NCBI GenBank assembly: GCA_035549715.1
Contig: DASZQJ010000092.1
Coordinates: 2,735 to 66,734 of the forward strand
Direction of reading: 5' to 3'
Source of the DNA: Burkholderiales bacterium
GTDB taxonomy: Bacteria > Pseudomonadota > Gammaproteobacteria > Burkholderiales > JACQAP01
Length of the DNA: 64,000 bases
Positions 1 to 15,400 of the stretch are shown here, one piece after another. The notes beneath the pieces are model-generated. The model ran no database searches. It was not told the origin of the DNA and saw only the letters and a program-made list of their open reading frames with translations. Within the stretch, counting starts at the first letter, position 1. Each line of letters opens with the position of its first letter. The position numbers and the translations under genes were made by a program.

Positions 1-3000
1 GGCGCGGGCAGCGACGTCACCATCAATGCCGATTCGAACGACGACATCTCTTCCCTGGCCGTGACCTTCGCCGCCAGCGGCGGCAACGTCGCCGTCAGCG
101 GCTCCATCGGCGTCCAGGTCGTGACGACCAAGACCGAGGCCTCGATCGAGGACAGCGCGGTGGCGGGCGGGACGATCAAGGCCGGCGGCAATGTCGACGT
201 CACAGCCAACAGTGACCTGAAGGCCCTGATGATCGCAGGCGCGGTCGGCGCCAGCGCCGGCAGCGTCGGCGTGGGCGTCTCGAACACCACGCTGGTGCAC
301 ACCGACACGGTGACGGCGCGGATCGGCGATCGCGCCACGGTCACGTCCGGCGGCGCTTCCGGCATCGATGTCGAGGCGACCTCGACCGAGGAAGTCATCG
401 CCATCACGGTGGCCGGTGGCGTCTCCACCTCCGTGGCGGTAGCGGTATCCCCGACCATCAACATCCTGGACGAGACCACTTCCGCGTCCATCGGCCGGCT
501 GGCCACGACGAACACCACCGGGGCGCTGGGAACCTCGGACCTCGACGTCAAGGCCTCCGACGACACGACCATCGTCTCCGTGGCGGGTTCCATCGCCGCG
601 GCAAGCACCGCCGGCGTGGGCGTCGGCGCGGACGTCCTGTACCTGGTCAAGGACACCACCGCCTACATCGATTCCGGCGTGACCGCGACGGTCAACGGCG
701 ACATCGACGTCTCGGCGAACAACAGCGAGGACATCACATCCGTCGCGGCCGGCCTCGCGGCCGGCGGCACCGCGGGCGTCGGCCTGAATGCCGGCGTCCA
801 CGTGCTGGAAATGAATACGCGCGCCTTCATCGGCGACGACGCCGGCGGCCTGGCGTCGGCCGGCGCCGGCAACGTCCACGCCAAGGGTTCCGTGCGCGTG
901 GCGGCGGATGACCGTACCGAACTCGACAAGTTCGCCGCGACGGTGGCGGTGGGCGGCACGGCCGGCATCGGCGCGGCGGCGACCGTGACCACGATCAACA
1001 AGACAACCGAGGCCTTCATCGGCAACGGTGCCATCGTCTCGGGCGATGGCGTGACGGGCGGCCTGACGGCCGCCACCGGCAACTTCATCATCGGCAACGT
1101 GGCGGAAGCCGCCGGCGCCGACGGCATCGAGGCGCAGGGCGCCAACAAGCAGTCCGCCAGCAGCCTCAAGAGCTCGGGCGAAGTGAAGGCGCCGGACGTC
1201 GAGGGCATCGATACCGACGGCAACAAGAGCACTGACGTCAATCCCGCCGCCTCGGGGTCCCGGACGCTGCAACTGGACACGCAACTGGTCAACGGCGTGG
1301 CGGTGACTGCCACGAACCGCGACGACATCGAAACCTACTCGGCTGCCCTTGGCGCTGCCACGGTGGGCGTTGGCGTCGCGGCGGCGGTCAACGTGATCAA
1401 TACGGACACCCAGGCCTACATCGGCCAGGGCGCGCAGATCAACAAGGATTCCGCCACGGATGGCGGCGCGAACCAGGATGTCGTGGTGGCCGCGGGCAAT
1501 GACTTCCACCACGTGGCGCTGGCCGCGGGTGCCGGCTTCGGTGCCGTGGGTGTGGCGCCGGGAGTGGATGTCACGGTCCTGACGGCCAACACCGGCGCAA
1601 CGATCGGTGCCGGCACGGTGAAGGCCAAGAACGACGTGCGCGTGAACGCGCAATCCTCCGAGGACATCCTGCTGGTCGGCATGGGCATCGCCGCCGGCAC
1701 GGTAGGCGTCGGCGGGGGCGTCAGCGTGCTGTCGCTGACCATCGATACCACGGCCTCGATCCTCGGCAACGTCTCGGCCGGAGGCGATGTGTCGGTCATG
1801 GCTTCCGATGACACCAACGTCTCCGTGATCGCGGGCGCCCTGGGCGCCGGCTTCGTCGGCGTCGGCGCTTCGGTCGGCGTCATGGTGATCGACAAGGACA
1901 CGTCCGCCTTCGTGGCCGATGGTGCCACGGTCAATGCGCTGGGCAATGGCGTCGTGGGGGTGGATGGCGTGCTGGCCGGCACCCTGACCGGCGGCGACGC
2001 CGCCAACGGCTTCGACACCGCGCAGCGCCACGGGCTGGTGGTCCAGGCGGACAGCAGCGAGAAGGTCCTGCAGGTGGGTGTTGCCGCAGGCGCGGGCTTC
2101 GTCGGGGTTTCCGGCGCGGCGAGCGTGAGCGTGATCGACTCCGATACGCAGGCCTTCATCGGTAACGCGGACATCAACCAGGGCGGCAACGCCGGCGCCA
2201 GCGCCTCGCAGGGCGTGTACGTGGGCGCCAGCAACGAGGCCCGGATCACGACGTTCACCGGCGCGATCGCCGGCGGTTTCGTGGGCGTGGGCGGCGCGGT
2301 CAACGTCGGCGTGCTCAAGAACGACGTCAACGCGAAGATCAAGTCCGGTGCGGCGGTCACGGCCCGCGACGACATCCAGGTCAACGCGATGGCCATCAAG
2401 GAGATCGATTCCTTCGTGATCAGCGGCGCCGGCGGTTTCGTCGGCGTGGCCGGCGCGGTGTCGGTCTGGTCGGTCGGCTCGACGCTGGAACGCAACTACA
2501 CCGACGCCGACGGAAATTCCGGCAATTCCCTGGAACGCGAGAAGGAAGACGAAACCACGGATACGGCGGACGCCGATGCGGCGCGCCAGGGCAAGGCGGC
2601 TTCCGACCAGGTGGGCAGCAACCTGAACGCGCTGGGCGAGGGCGACAACGCCTCGGACAGCCAGAGCAAGAAGAGCAGCGACCGCATGCGCGTCATTGCC
2701 GACACGGGCGCAGGCAAACTGAACGCGGCCGCACCTTCGGCTTCGGCGATCACGGGCAAGATCGCGGAGGCGGAACCGGTCAACACCGGCACCGCGGCGA
2801 CGATCGAAGGCGCGACGGTGACGAGCACCAGCGGCGACATCGTCGTCAACGCCAACGAGGACGTCGAGTTCGACACGAAGATGGGTGGTGTCGCCGGCGG
2901 TGTCGTCGGTGTGGGCGCCTCCATCGGCATCCTGACGCTTTCCTCGAACGTGACGGCCACTGCGGCCGGCACGCTGAATGCAGGCGGCCAGGTGGCGGTC

Positions 3001-6000
3001 AAGACCAAGCTCGATGAGGATGTCGGCATCCTGTCGGTGGCGGGCGCCACCGGCTTCGTCGGCCTCGGCGCCGCGGTCATCGTCATCAGTGACGACAGCA
3101 CCAGCCACGCGAAGATCGAGGACGGCACGAGCGTGCAGCGGGCAAGCTCGGTGGTGGTTTCCTCGACTTCCAACCAGACAATCTCCGGCCAGACCGTCGG
3201 CGTTTCCGTCGGCGCGGTCGGGGCAGGTGCGTCCTTCATCAAGATCGATGTCGACGGGGGCACGGATGCCACCATCGGCAACAACGCCAATATCGGCGGG
3301 ACCGATTCCGTCGGCTCGGTGAGCATCAGCGCCAGCTCGACGGTCGACGCGCAGGCCGACGTCTTCGCGATTGCGGGCGGGGCCGCGGCCTTCAACTTCA
3401 ACTTCGCCTTCATCGATGTGGATCCGACCGTCGCGGCCGGCATCGGCTCGGGGACGATCGTCAACGCCGACGGCAATGTCGCCATCTCGGCCGCCACGAA
3501 CCACGATGCGGATGGCAGCGTGTTCAGCGTCAGCACCGGCGGCCTGGCGGCCGGCGCGACCTGGATCGACGTCAAGGTTCGCCCAACCGTCGACGCCTAC
3601 ATCGGCACCAATGCGGCGGTGACTGCGGGCGGCGCGATCTCGCTGCTGGCCGTGCACAACCGAAATGTGGTGACCTTCGCCCCGCTGACGACCAACTGGA
3701 ACTACCTCGGCAATGACGGCGCGCCCGAGTCGGTGAGCGTCAACCGCGGCGCGCGCGCCTACGGCGAAGCGCCGTCGGTGGGCGGCATCGTCGCCCAGGG
3801 CAACATCGTGCGCGCCACGTCGGCGGCGAACGTCGAGACCCACGTGGACGACAATGCCCGCCTGAAGGCCGGCGGCGCCGTGAGCCTCGAGGCCCGCACC
3901 GTCAATGACGCACGCGTCCGCGCCCAGGCCGAATCGCTGTCCTTCGCGAGCTTCGGCGGCATTTTCGCGACCGCGCGCTCGGAAGGCGTGACCCGCGCCC
4001 AGCTCAATGGCGACGTACGCAACCCGAGCGGCGCCCTGAGCGCGGCCAGCAGCGTCACCGTCCGTGCCCAGACGCTCGACATTGCCAACTCGGAAGGCCG
4101 CACCACCAACGGCAGCATCGGCGGCGACGCCACGGACACGGAAGCCAAGGCCTTCGTGACGCCGACCATCGAGGCGTCCATCGGCGCCGGGTCGATCGTG
4201 CGGGCCAGCGGCACCATCCTGGTGAGCGCGGAATCCCAGGCTTCGTCGTACGTGATCGGCCGCGGCACGGCCATCGGCCTCGGCGGCAGCTTCGGCGCCG
4301 CCTCCGCCACCTCCACCATCGACTCCAACGTCGATGCCAAGGTCGGCAACAACGCGACGTTGTCCGGCGGCAATGTGACCGTCCAGGGCTACCACAACTA
4401 CACCACCGGCGGCTCGTCCATCGACCAGGGCGCGCGTTCCGACACGTTCGCCCCCGGCGGCGCGATCGCGGCCATCAAGGTCACGACTGCCACCGCCACG
4501 TCGAACGCCGACGTCGACGCCGGCATCGGCAGCGGTTCCACCATCGCCGCCACTGGTGCGGTGACCGTGCGTGCCTTCAACCACAACAAGGCGCAATCCG
4601 ACTCACGCGGCCTCGGCTTCGGCGCCGTCGCCGTCGGTGTCACGGTGACGAATTCCACCGCCAACGGCTCGACGACCGCCTATCTGGATGGCAACGTGAC
4701 CAGCGGCAGCAGCGTGGAAGTGAATGCCGAGCAGCGCAGCACGGCGCTCGCCAATACGCGCGCCGTGGCCGGCGGCCTGTTCGTGGCCGCCTCCGGCAAT
4801 GTCGCCAATGCGACCGCAAATCCGACGGTCAAGGCCTCCATCGGCCCGAACACCAGCATCTCGGTCAGCGGCCAGGTCGCGGTGAAGGCCAACGGCATCG
4901 TCGCCTCCAGCGCCCAGACCGAAGGCATCAGCGCCGGCAGCATCGGCATCGGCGTCTCGGAAGCGACGGCCAACGCTTCGCCGAACGTCACGGCCTCCGT
5001 CGGCAGCCCGACCAGCTCGGGCTCCGGCAACGTGACCATCAATGCCGGCTCGCTGCTCGTGAACGCCAAGACCACGCTCCCGGGCGGCAGCAACAACTAC
5101 TCCGCCTTCGCCAAGTCCACCGGCTCCAGCGGCGGTCTCGTGGCGGTCGATTCCACCGTCACGCATGCGACCGTGAACTCCACGGTGAACAGCTACGTTG
5201 CGGACGGCTCGACGCTGACCATCAACGGCGCCAGCACGGTCACGGCTAACAACAACACCCGCACCAAGGCCAATTCCGACAGCAATTCGTTCGGCATCGT
5301 GGGCGCGGGCGTGAGCCGCTCGTACGCGACCTCCAACACGACCACCAACGCCTTCCTGGGCAACAACGTGGCGCTCGCCGGCAGGAGCCTCAGCATCGGG
5401 GCCTACGGCGTCGACGACAACTTCGCCGATACGGTGGCGGGCTCCGCCGGCCTGATCGCGGGCAACTCGGCGCATTCCGAGACCACCAACAACAGCTCCA
5501 CCACGGCGGAAATCCGCAATCGCACGCTCGCGGGCCGGACCATCGACCTGACGAACAGCGGCGGCAGCGGGGCGCTCAACATCACCGCCGAGCACACCGC
5601 CCAGTTCAACAGCCGCGTGCAGACCTTCGCGGGCGGCCTGCTGGCCGGCACAGGTGCGGGCATCGACAACAACATGGACGGCGACGTCAGGGCGGGCGTG
5701 GGCAGCAACGCCATCGTCAAGGCCAAGAACATCGTCATCCAGGGCGTCAACCACGTCTTCAAGCCGCTGCTCAGCACCCCGAACGTCGACGGCACCACGG
5801 GCGGCTTCATTTCCGGCGGCGGCGCTGACAGCGACACCAACCTGCACCTGAACACCCAGGTCGTGATCGGCGGCGGTGCATCGATCAGCCTGCTGGGCGA
5901 TGCCAACCTGCCCGGCGACTTCATCATCAGGACGCTCAACGACATCGTCGCCAAGGACAAGGTGGCCTTCACCGCCGGCGGCGCGCTGGCGGGCCTGGTG

Positions 6001-6450
6001 GCCAACACTTCGATCCGCACCTTCGAGGACCTTTCCAAGGTCCAGATCGGCGCGGGTGCGAACCTGTACAGCGTCGGCGACATCAACATCTCGGCCCGCG
6101 GGCAGGGCGACGTGGCGGCCACCGTCGAGGCGGAAGCCTACGGCGTGGGCACCTACACCGGCGCCCTGGCGGAAGCCATCATCACCCCGGACAACACCAT
6201 CGAGATCCTGGGGGATGGCTCGAACACCAACAGCACGGCGACCGACACGGTCATCCGCGCCCGCGGGGACGTGAACCTGTCGACCGGCACGGACACCGAC
6301 TTCAACCGCGACGCGTATCGCATCGACGCGCGCAGCGACACCTTCGCCGGCAGTGCGATCCCCATCGACGACGTCAATTCGACCACGTACCTGCTGACGG
6401 ACAACACCATCACGACGGCGGCGGGCTCGCGCATCGAATCCGCCGGCACC
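1..6450 (+). other. Beta-helix-like rung region of the giant protein (Gly/Ala/Val-rich units with the recurring pattern T-x-A-[YF]-IG ... V-x-V-x-A)
   Basis: Visible periodic pattern, e.g. TTAYIDSGVTATVNGDIDVSA, TRAFIGDDAG, TEAFIGNGAIVSG, TQAYIGQGAQINK, TSAFVADGATVNA, TQAFIGNADINQ. It resembles filamentous haemagglutinin/leukotoxin-type adhesin repeats (from memory, not searched). Confidence 0.5.
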
Positions 6451-9400
6451 GTGCGCCTGCACGCGGACCGCAAGGGCCTCGCCGACCTCTCGGGCTCGGC
6501 CAAGGCCACGAGCTGGGTCAGCGAAGTGCAGGATTTCCTGAACGGCGCGGCCGCGGCCAAGATGAACGACGCGGCGATCCACCAGGAAGGCCACGGGATC
6601 GTGCAGGTGGACGGCACGGTCCAGACCGGCACCGAACGCCACAAGACCCTCACCCTGACCGCATGGAATGATGCGACCGGAACGGTCACCGGCTACACGC
6701 AGACCGGCTGGGACGACACCGACGAGCCCAACGACGGCATCTTCTCGTCGAGCGTTCAGGTGGTGCAGTCCGACCTCATGGACGACCTCGACTTCGCCAA
6801 GGACCAGTTGCGCCTGTACGGGGACGTCAACGCCACGCTGCGGGCCTTCTACCAGACGGAAATCACCCGCATCCAGGGTGAACTGGCCAAGGCGGGGCTG
6901 TTCGAGTTCCGCGCCATCACCCTCAATGGCCACGGCCTGAACACGGGTGACGTGGTGGTCTACCACAGCGCCTCTCCGGGCGCGGCCGGCGACATCGGCG
7001 GCCTGGTCGACGGGCAGTCCTACATCGTCCGCAAGCTGAGCGCGAACAAGTTCGCGCTGCAATCGGTGGCGGGCGGCGTGGCCAACGACATCAAGTTCCT
7101 GCCCAAGAACACGTCGGACTTCAGCCAGAGCCTGACGCGGGGCAGCACGGTGGTGAATTTCAACCTGTCGAACCTGGACGGCGTGGCCGTGGGCCAGTAC
7201 GCCATCACGGTGACGGTCAATCCGATCCGGGCCGAAGCCGGCCCGATCGACGTGCGCACCGACCAGTTGCAGGGCAGCGGCAAGTTCATCGCCCCGGGCG
7301 ACGCCAGCGTGACGATCCTGAACCACACGCCCGCGTTCCTGAAGATCATGGGCATCGAGATCCCGGAATCCACCGGCGGCCTGTACCTGAACGGCACGCC
7401 GGTGACGACGAACGGCGAGATTTTCACCTCCAACAAGGCGGCGCGCGACGACGACAACCGCAACCAGGTGCCCGGGGAAACCATCTCGGTCGCGCTGAAC
7501 CCGACGTTCAACCCGATCCCGGACACGGCCACGAACCCGGATCCCTTCATCATCGTCAACAACGACTTCGTGGCAGGGCCGCAGGGCAACGGCAAGTTCT
7601 ACCCGTGGCCGAGCATCACGGTGATGGGCACGATCACCAACCTGGGCGGCAGCGTCACGCTGCAGACGCACCCCGCGGGCGAGGGCAGCGTCGTCATCAA
7701 GGCGACGGTCGAGGCCAAGAACATTTCCGTCATTGCGGGCGGCACGGTGTTCATCACCGGCGTCACCAAGTACGACGTGCTGGGCGACCCGGCGGCGATG
7801 TGGATGAGCATCACCAAGGGAACGGTGCCCAACGACGACAGCGGGACGGTCTACGAAGGCGTCGGCCAGGCGAGCGTTGCCGACATCAATGCCATGCTGG
7901 CGGCGCAGCCGCCGGAGGGGTCGGGCGTCATCGGCAGCCGCGTGATCATCGATGCCGAGTTCATCAACGTGAACGGCATCATCCAGTCCGGCAAGGACAG
8001 CTACTCGGTGAACATCGGCGGTTCGGCGGTGCTGAACGAGATCGCGGGGATCGATCCGTCCGATGGCACGCTGGTGGTGCTGAACACGGTGTCGAACAAG
8101 GACGTCATCGTCCGCTTCAACACCATCACCAACCAGATCGAGGTGGATCCGCTGCGCGTGCGCGGCGGCTACGTCGACCTGACCGGCCACATCCTGAACG
8201 CGGGCAACGGCATCATCAAGGTGCTGGGCGGCTTTGCCGACTTCAACATCGTCAATACCACGAGCTACGCGCTGGTGGTGAACCGCATCGACGACTCGCA
8301 GCCTGGGCAGGGCACCCTGATCATCAAGGACAAGGCCAAGGGCTCGCCGACCAATCCGTACGTCACGCTCTACCAGAAGACCGGTGACACGATCGTCAAG
8401 ACGGAGGACGACGGCGCCGGCGGCTTTGCCGGAACCAAGGTCTCGAACGTCGGCAGCAATTCGATCTACACGCCCGAAAGCGGCTGGCGTTACGGCTGGA
8501 CCGTCGGCGTGGAAACCAAGGAGTACTACTACTACCACCACGACACGACGGCCTGGATCGGCATCGACTGGCTGGCGGCGGACCCGGATACCATTGAGTG
8601 GGACAACACCGAGTTGCTGGGCACGCCCAAGCTGCTCGATGACAGCAACTACTTCTACCGCGACGTCGGCCTGGACGGCGTCAACTACACCTACAAGCAC
8701 GAATCCATCGCGCAGAGCGAGAAGGTCGTCCACATCATCGACGACCGCGTCGAGACGTCGTGGTACGGCACGACGACCTACCACAACGAGGTGGAGGCCG
8801 AGCAGCGCAAGCTCGAGCTGTTCACGCACTCGATCGAGGCCGACCGCGACATCGCGATCCAGTACATCGGCAAGACCAGTGCGACGGTCGACATCGATTC
8901 GACGGGCTCGGTTGTGTTGCGCGGGCCGATCATCAACCAGAACGGCACGGTCAACATCGACACGAACGGCAACATCACGCAGTCGGGTGACGAGGCGTAC
9001 ATCGCCGCGAAGAACATCAACCTGACGGCGAAGACCGGCATCGGTTCCGACAAGGCGATCCGCACGGACGTTTCCGACCTGTCCGGCGCGAGCGTCAAGG
9101 CGGTCACCAACGCCGGCGCCGTGAAGATCGACGAAATCATCGGTGACCTGTACGTCGACCAGATCGCCAGCAAGCACAACATCTTCGGCAGCGGCGGGGC
9201 GGTCAGCGTGACGTCCCAGGGCGACATCCTGGTGGCGAGCGGCAAGAGCGGCCTGGTCGAGGGCGGGGCGGTCACACTGACCGCGGAGGGCGGCATCGGC
9301 TCCAGCGGCGCCTTCCTCAAGACCGACGCGGGCACCTTCATGTGGGACAAGGTCAACATCGACGCCAAGGGCAACGTCTACGTCTCCGAGCAGTCGGGCA

Positions 9401-12400
9401 GCCTGAACGTGGAGTCGATCAAGACCACGGGCGACGCGCATATCAACGTCGTCAACGGCGGCATCCGGGATGCCAACGAGAACGAGGCGCGCGACGAGCG
9501 CACCTATGAAGAGCTGCTGGGCGGCGTGTGGCACGACCTCCAGCTCACGGATACCACCGGGGCGGGCGGCAAGGTCCAGGAGGCGAAGGACACCCTGGCG
9601 GCCCTGAAGGAGCAGGAATACCGGCAGTACTGGGTCTACCGCGGCACGCAGCCGGACGGCGGCGTCGCCTACGATCCTGACTTCGAGGTCAGCCTGTCCG
9701 CGGCAGAGGAGGCGAACTACCGCGCCTACTACGCCGGCCTGGGTTACTCGACGGGCGAAATCGACGCAGCCATCACCACGCTGCAGAACTCGCGCACGGA
9801 CCAGTACCACGTCCTGCACGCGCAGTACGGCAGCCTGACGTCCACCTACGATCCGGACTTCGAGTACGAACTGACCGATGACGAGAACGATGCGGTCGAG
9901 GCCAGCATCCACGTCTACACCGAGGACGAGCTGCTGTACACGATCAGCACGGGCCTGCTGAAGAACGTCTCCGATACCCAGGCGACGGTGGAAGACCCGA
10001 ACATCGAGGCCAAGAACATCTACCTGACCACCTCGGGCGGCATCGGCCAGGCCACCGGTGAGACGGTCATCGACATCACGGGCGGACCGGCCAGCCTGAC
10101 GCCGGACGAGCGCGTCGCCCTGGCGGCAGCCGAGCGCACCGACGTGTTCTACCTTGGGGCGGACAAGTCCGCGACGGTGAACTTCAGCTCCGGCGGGACC
10201 ATCACGCGCACCGACGGCGGCAGCTGGCTCAGCGACGGCTTCACGGCCGGCACGCGCATCCACATTTCCGGGGCCGGCGTCACGAACGCCACGGGCACCG
10301 GCGAGTACTACACGATCCAGGGCGTGACCGCGGGCACCATCACCCTGGTGCCGGGGGCCGGCCTGGTCAACGAAGCCGGCAAGGCGGTGAAGGTGACCGC
10401 CGAGATCAACGATCCGCTCGCGCCCGGCGCCGCCGCGCAGATCAAGAAGATCGTCATCGACAACCGCGAGGACGTCGACATCGAGATCACCAGCGCGACG
10501 GGCACGGTGAACGTCACGGCGCACGACAGCGTCTACCTCGGTTCGGAGGACAACGACCTGCGCCTGGGCCTGATCCAGACCGACTCGACCGACGCCATCC
10601 GCCTCAAGAGCGGCAAGGGCATCGTGAGCACGCTGGCGCCGATGGCCGTGAACGTGATTGGCGGCGACACCATCCTTGAGGCCGCGGATGGCGCCATCGG
10701 CACGGCAGCCAAGCCGATCGTGACCAACCTGGGGTCGAACGCGACCCTGACGGTCCGCGCCCAGAACGACATCCACGTCTTCGAAAGCGCGGGCAACATG
10801 AACCTGGAGACGGCGTTCTCCGAGTTCGGCAACATCTACCTGACCGCACAGGGCTCCATCGTCGACGGCCTGAATACCGAGTTCGCCAAGATCGCCGCGG
10901 ACCACGTCGAGCTGACCGCGCAAACCGGGTCCATCGGCGAGCCGGGCGACTACCTGGAGATGGACCTGCGCGGCACCGGCACCATCGTGGCCAGCGCGGC
11001 GGGCGACATCCGCCTGGCCGAAACCTTCGGCAACATGTACGTCGAGAACGTCAACTCGACGGGCGGAACCGTCGACCTGCGCGCCCAGGCGTCCATCCTG
11101 GATGCACAGAACGACATCGCGGCCGAGATCTTCGGCAACAGCGTGGTCCTGACCGCGCTGGCCGGCGGCATCGGCGTGTCGGGCAACGACCTCGACATCG
11201 ACACCCATGGCGGCACCCTGACGGCCACCACCAGCGTGGCGAACATCTACATCACCGAGACCATCGGCGACGTGCGCCTGAACCAGGTCGGCACGGGCGC
11301 GGCCTACACCGCGTTCATCAACGCGCTCACCGGCAGCATCTACAACGGCGCGGCCCCGGGCGTGTCGAACGTCACCTCGGGCAACGTGCGCCTGTACGCG
11401 GCCAACAACATCGGCCAGTCCGGCAACGTCCTGACGACGACCGTCGGCAACCTGCAGGGCAAGGCGACCACGGGGAGCACCTGGATCACCAACCTGGGCG
11501 CGTTGAACGTCACGACGGTCAACCAGGAAGGCAACAACTCCAGCGACTCCGAGAACGGGGTCGAGTCCGGCGGCACGATCAACATTTCGACCACGAGCCC
11601 GATCACCGTGTCCTCGGACATCGTGTCGCTCGGCGGGCCGATCACGATCACGTCCGGTGACAGTGCCTCGCCCAACGGGGACTCCATCGTCGTGCTGAGC
11701 GGCGTGACCATCGAGGCGCAGAAGTCCTCGGTGCTGATCCGCTCCGGGGACAACATCGACATCAATGCGGGTGCGACCGTCAAGGCAGCCACGTCCATCG
11801 AGCTGGCGGTCGACTACAACAGCGCGGATGCCAATGGCGCCAAGATGACGATCAATGGCAGCCTCATCGCGCCGGAGATCATCCTGCGCGGCGGCGGCAC
11901 CACCGACACGATCATCATCGACTCGCAGGGCGCCGGCAACGGCGTTGACGGACACGTCCAGGTCAAGGCAGGCGGTGGCGACGACGTCATCATCGTCAAC
12001 CGGCTGCAGGACCATGACTTCGCCCACAAGTACGTGGCGCCGGGCGGCACGCCGGCGTCCCTGGTCACCGGGCGCATCGGCGACACCCGCCGCGACACCG
12101 TCGACCTCGACGGCGAAGGCGGGGCCGACCAGTACATCATCAACACCAGCGGCGACTCGGACTACATCATCAACGCCCACGATTCGGGCGCGCCGAACGA
12201 CGGCGGCGACTGGCTGACGATCAACGGCTCCTCGGCCGATGACGTCTTCCTGCTGCGCAAGGACTTCGTGACGCGCATGCAGCAGACGGGCACGGATGCG
12301 AACGGCAACCCGACCTTCGGGCCCAAGTACGAGCGCATCAACTACGATTCGACCATCAACGGCCGCCTGCAGGTCAACGGCGGGGCGGGCGACGACCGCT

Positions 12401-15400
12401 TCTACGTCGACGACAACGCCACCATCACCACCCTGGATGGCGGCGCCGGCGACGACTTCTTCCAGTTCGGCCAGGTGTTCGGCAACCAGCGCGCCACGCC
12501 CAATGTCGCGCCCGGAGACGAGTTGGAGACGGTCGAGACGACGGTCGGCTTCCTGAGCCGCGGCATCAGCTACTCGACCACCGTGTTCGCCGGGGACGGC
12601 AACGACGACATGGTCGTGTACAGCAACAAGGCACTGCTCAAGCTGTTCGGCGAGGACGGCAACGACAACTTCATCGTCCGTGCCTTCGCCATCGTCGGCA
12701 CCGGCGAACTGGCCACCAAGGACACGGTGGTCAACGGCGGCAAGGGCGACGACCACGTCGAGTACAACATCAACGCCCCCCTGAGCATCGACGGCGGGGC
12801 CGGCGCCGACACCCTGGTGGTGATCGGCACCGAGAAGGACGACCACTTCGTGGTCACCCGCGACGGGGTGCAGGGCGCAGGCCTGAACATCGACTTCACC
12901 GGCATCGAGAAGCTGGAACTCGACGGCATGGAGGGTGACGACCACTTCTACATCCTGAGCACCAAGCAGGACCTGGTCACCACCATCATCGGTGGCCTCG
13001 GCAGCGACACCTTCGACGTGGGTGGCGACGTGCCGGCCAACACGATCGTGGCGCAGTCCGTCGAGGGCGACAGCGGCTTCATCAACCACAGCATGACCAG
13101 CGCCGATCCGACGTTCAACGGCATCTTCGCCGAAGGGATCAGGCTCAACGTGGCCGGCAGCAACACCGGCAAGGTCATCGTCACGCCGACGGACGGCGAG
13201 ACCATGGTGGTCGAGAACAGCGGCGTCAACGACAGCTACAAGGTCAAGATGTCCGAGCTGGCGGCTTCGGTCACCCCGGGCACCGTGGCATACCTGACGG
13301 TCTCCGCGGCCCTGTCCTCGTCCAAGGATGCGGCGCTCGGCGGCAAATCCGTGGAAGTCTCGCTGGACGGAACGAACTTCGCGCAGTCCGTGGTCCTGAC
13401 CTTCGACTCGACGGTCGCGGCCAACTGGCAGGCGGAGCGCACGATCTACGTCCGCGCGAGCAGCGACGGCGCGGCGGAAGGCGAGCGCACGGTGGTGATC
13501 AGCCACTCGATCGTCACCAGCAACCACAACCAGGAGTACGACGGCGCCCTGATCTCCAACGTCGAAGTGTCGGTCATCGACAACGACAAGGCCGGACTGA
13601 TCGTGCGCGAATCCGGCGGCAAGACCAATGTCACGGAAGGCACGTCCAATGACACGTACACGATCGCCCTGAACAAGGCGCCGGCGACCGGCGAGATCGT
13701 GACCGTCAAGCTGAATCTGGACGCCAACCAGATCGACGCCATCTCCGGCACGACCATCTCGTTCCCGACCTTCTGGTCGCTCTGGTTCGGCCTGCCGTCC
13801 AGCATCACCATCCCCGACGGCCGTCTCGACCCGGTGAACCACACCATCACCTTCGACTCGACCAACTGGAACGTGCCGGTCAACGTGTTCCTCAGCGGCC
13901 ATGACGACTCGGTCGCCGAGAACCGCTCGACACAGCGCATCTCGCACGAGATCACGAGCAACCTCTCGGACGGCGTGTATACCGGCGCGACGGACGATGC
14001 GGAGATCGAGATCGACCTGCGCGACAACGACGCCGGCGGCCTGGTGATCGCGGAAAGCGACGGCTCGACCATCGTCTCCGAATCGCATCCCGATTCCTAC
14101 GCCATCAAGCTCACCAAGGCCCCGACCGCGCCGGTGACGGTCAGCATCATGACCGACGGCAAGACGATCGCCTCGGCGGACCCGGCTGGCGAGCAGCCCG
14201 GCCGCTTCAGCATCGTGGACGGCGTGCCCAAGGTCACGTTCGACGCGACCAACTGGGACATCCCGTTCGTGGTCAAGCTCAACGTGGGCGAGAACGCGGG
14301 CGGCGGCGGCCAGCCGGTCCAGAATTACCCGGCGCAACCGCACATCGTGTCGGGCCAGATCGAGGGACCGCTGGTCATCGAAGGCAGCTTCATCCCGGGC
14401 AAGGACCGCTCCCTCAAGATCGCCGTCACCCTGCCGAGCGAAATCAATGCCCCGCTGCCGGTGCTCGACATCAACGTCGACGAGAACACCCAGGTCGACA
14501 AGCTCAACGTCTACAACGACGGCAGCATCGCCAACAACCACGGGATGCTCGCGAACCCCGACCATGCGAGCGGGCTGGAAGCCATCTATGACGTGGCCCC
14601 CGGCAAGCTCAACCTGTCCGAGTTCAAGAACATTTCCGGGCTGGGCATGGGCGGCACGGCCATCGACCAGGCCAACGGCGGCGACCTGACGATCAATTTC
14701 GGCACGTCGACCACTCCGGACCTGCGCACGTTCGACGGCGGCATCACCTACCGCGGCATCGAGACGACCGAGATCTTCCTCGGCACGGGCGACGACACCT
14801 TCCACGTGTCCAACACGGCGGAACGGGTCGACGACCCGTCCACCCCGGACGTCAACGAGGCCTTCCGCACGGTCACGATCCTGAACACCGGTGCGGGCAA
14901 CGACCATGTCACGGTCTCCACCGCGGCGGACGGCAACGGCCTGCTGGCGGTGAACCTGGAGGAGGGCGACGACTACTTCAGCGCGGCAGGCGACGGCAAG
15001 CTGCCGGCAGCCACCCTGCAGCTCGTGATCTTCGGCGGGGAGGGCAGCGACACGATCCTCGGCGGCCAGGCGGCCGACGGGATCTTCGGCGACAAGGGCC
15101 AGGTCGATTACTACGACGCGAACGGCAACCTGGTGACCCGCCTGGGCCTGGGCCTGCACGAGCGTTCCGACAACCCGATTGCCTCGAATTACGTGCCGGA
15201 AAAGCAGACCGACGGCGGCTTCGGCCAGGCGCGCAAGTTCGTCAGCCGCGAATTCGACGTCGGGGGCAATGACGTCATCGACGGCGATGCCGGCAACGAC
15301 GTCATCTTCGGCGGCGCCGGCGACGACCTGATCACCGCGCTCAAGGGCGGCAAGATCATCCTAGGCGACAACGGCCAGGCCAACCTCGCCCTCACCACCA

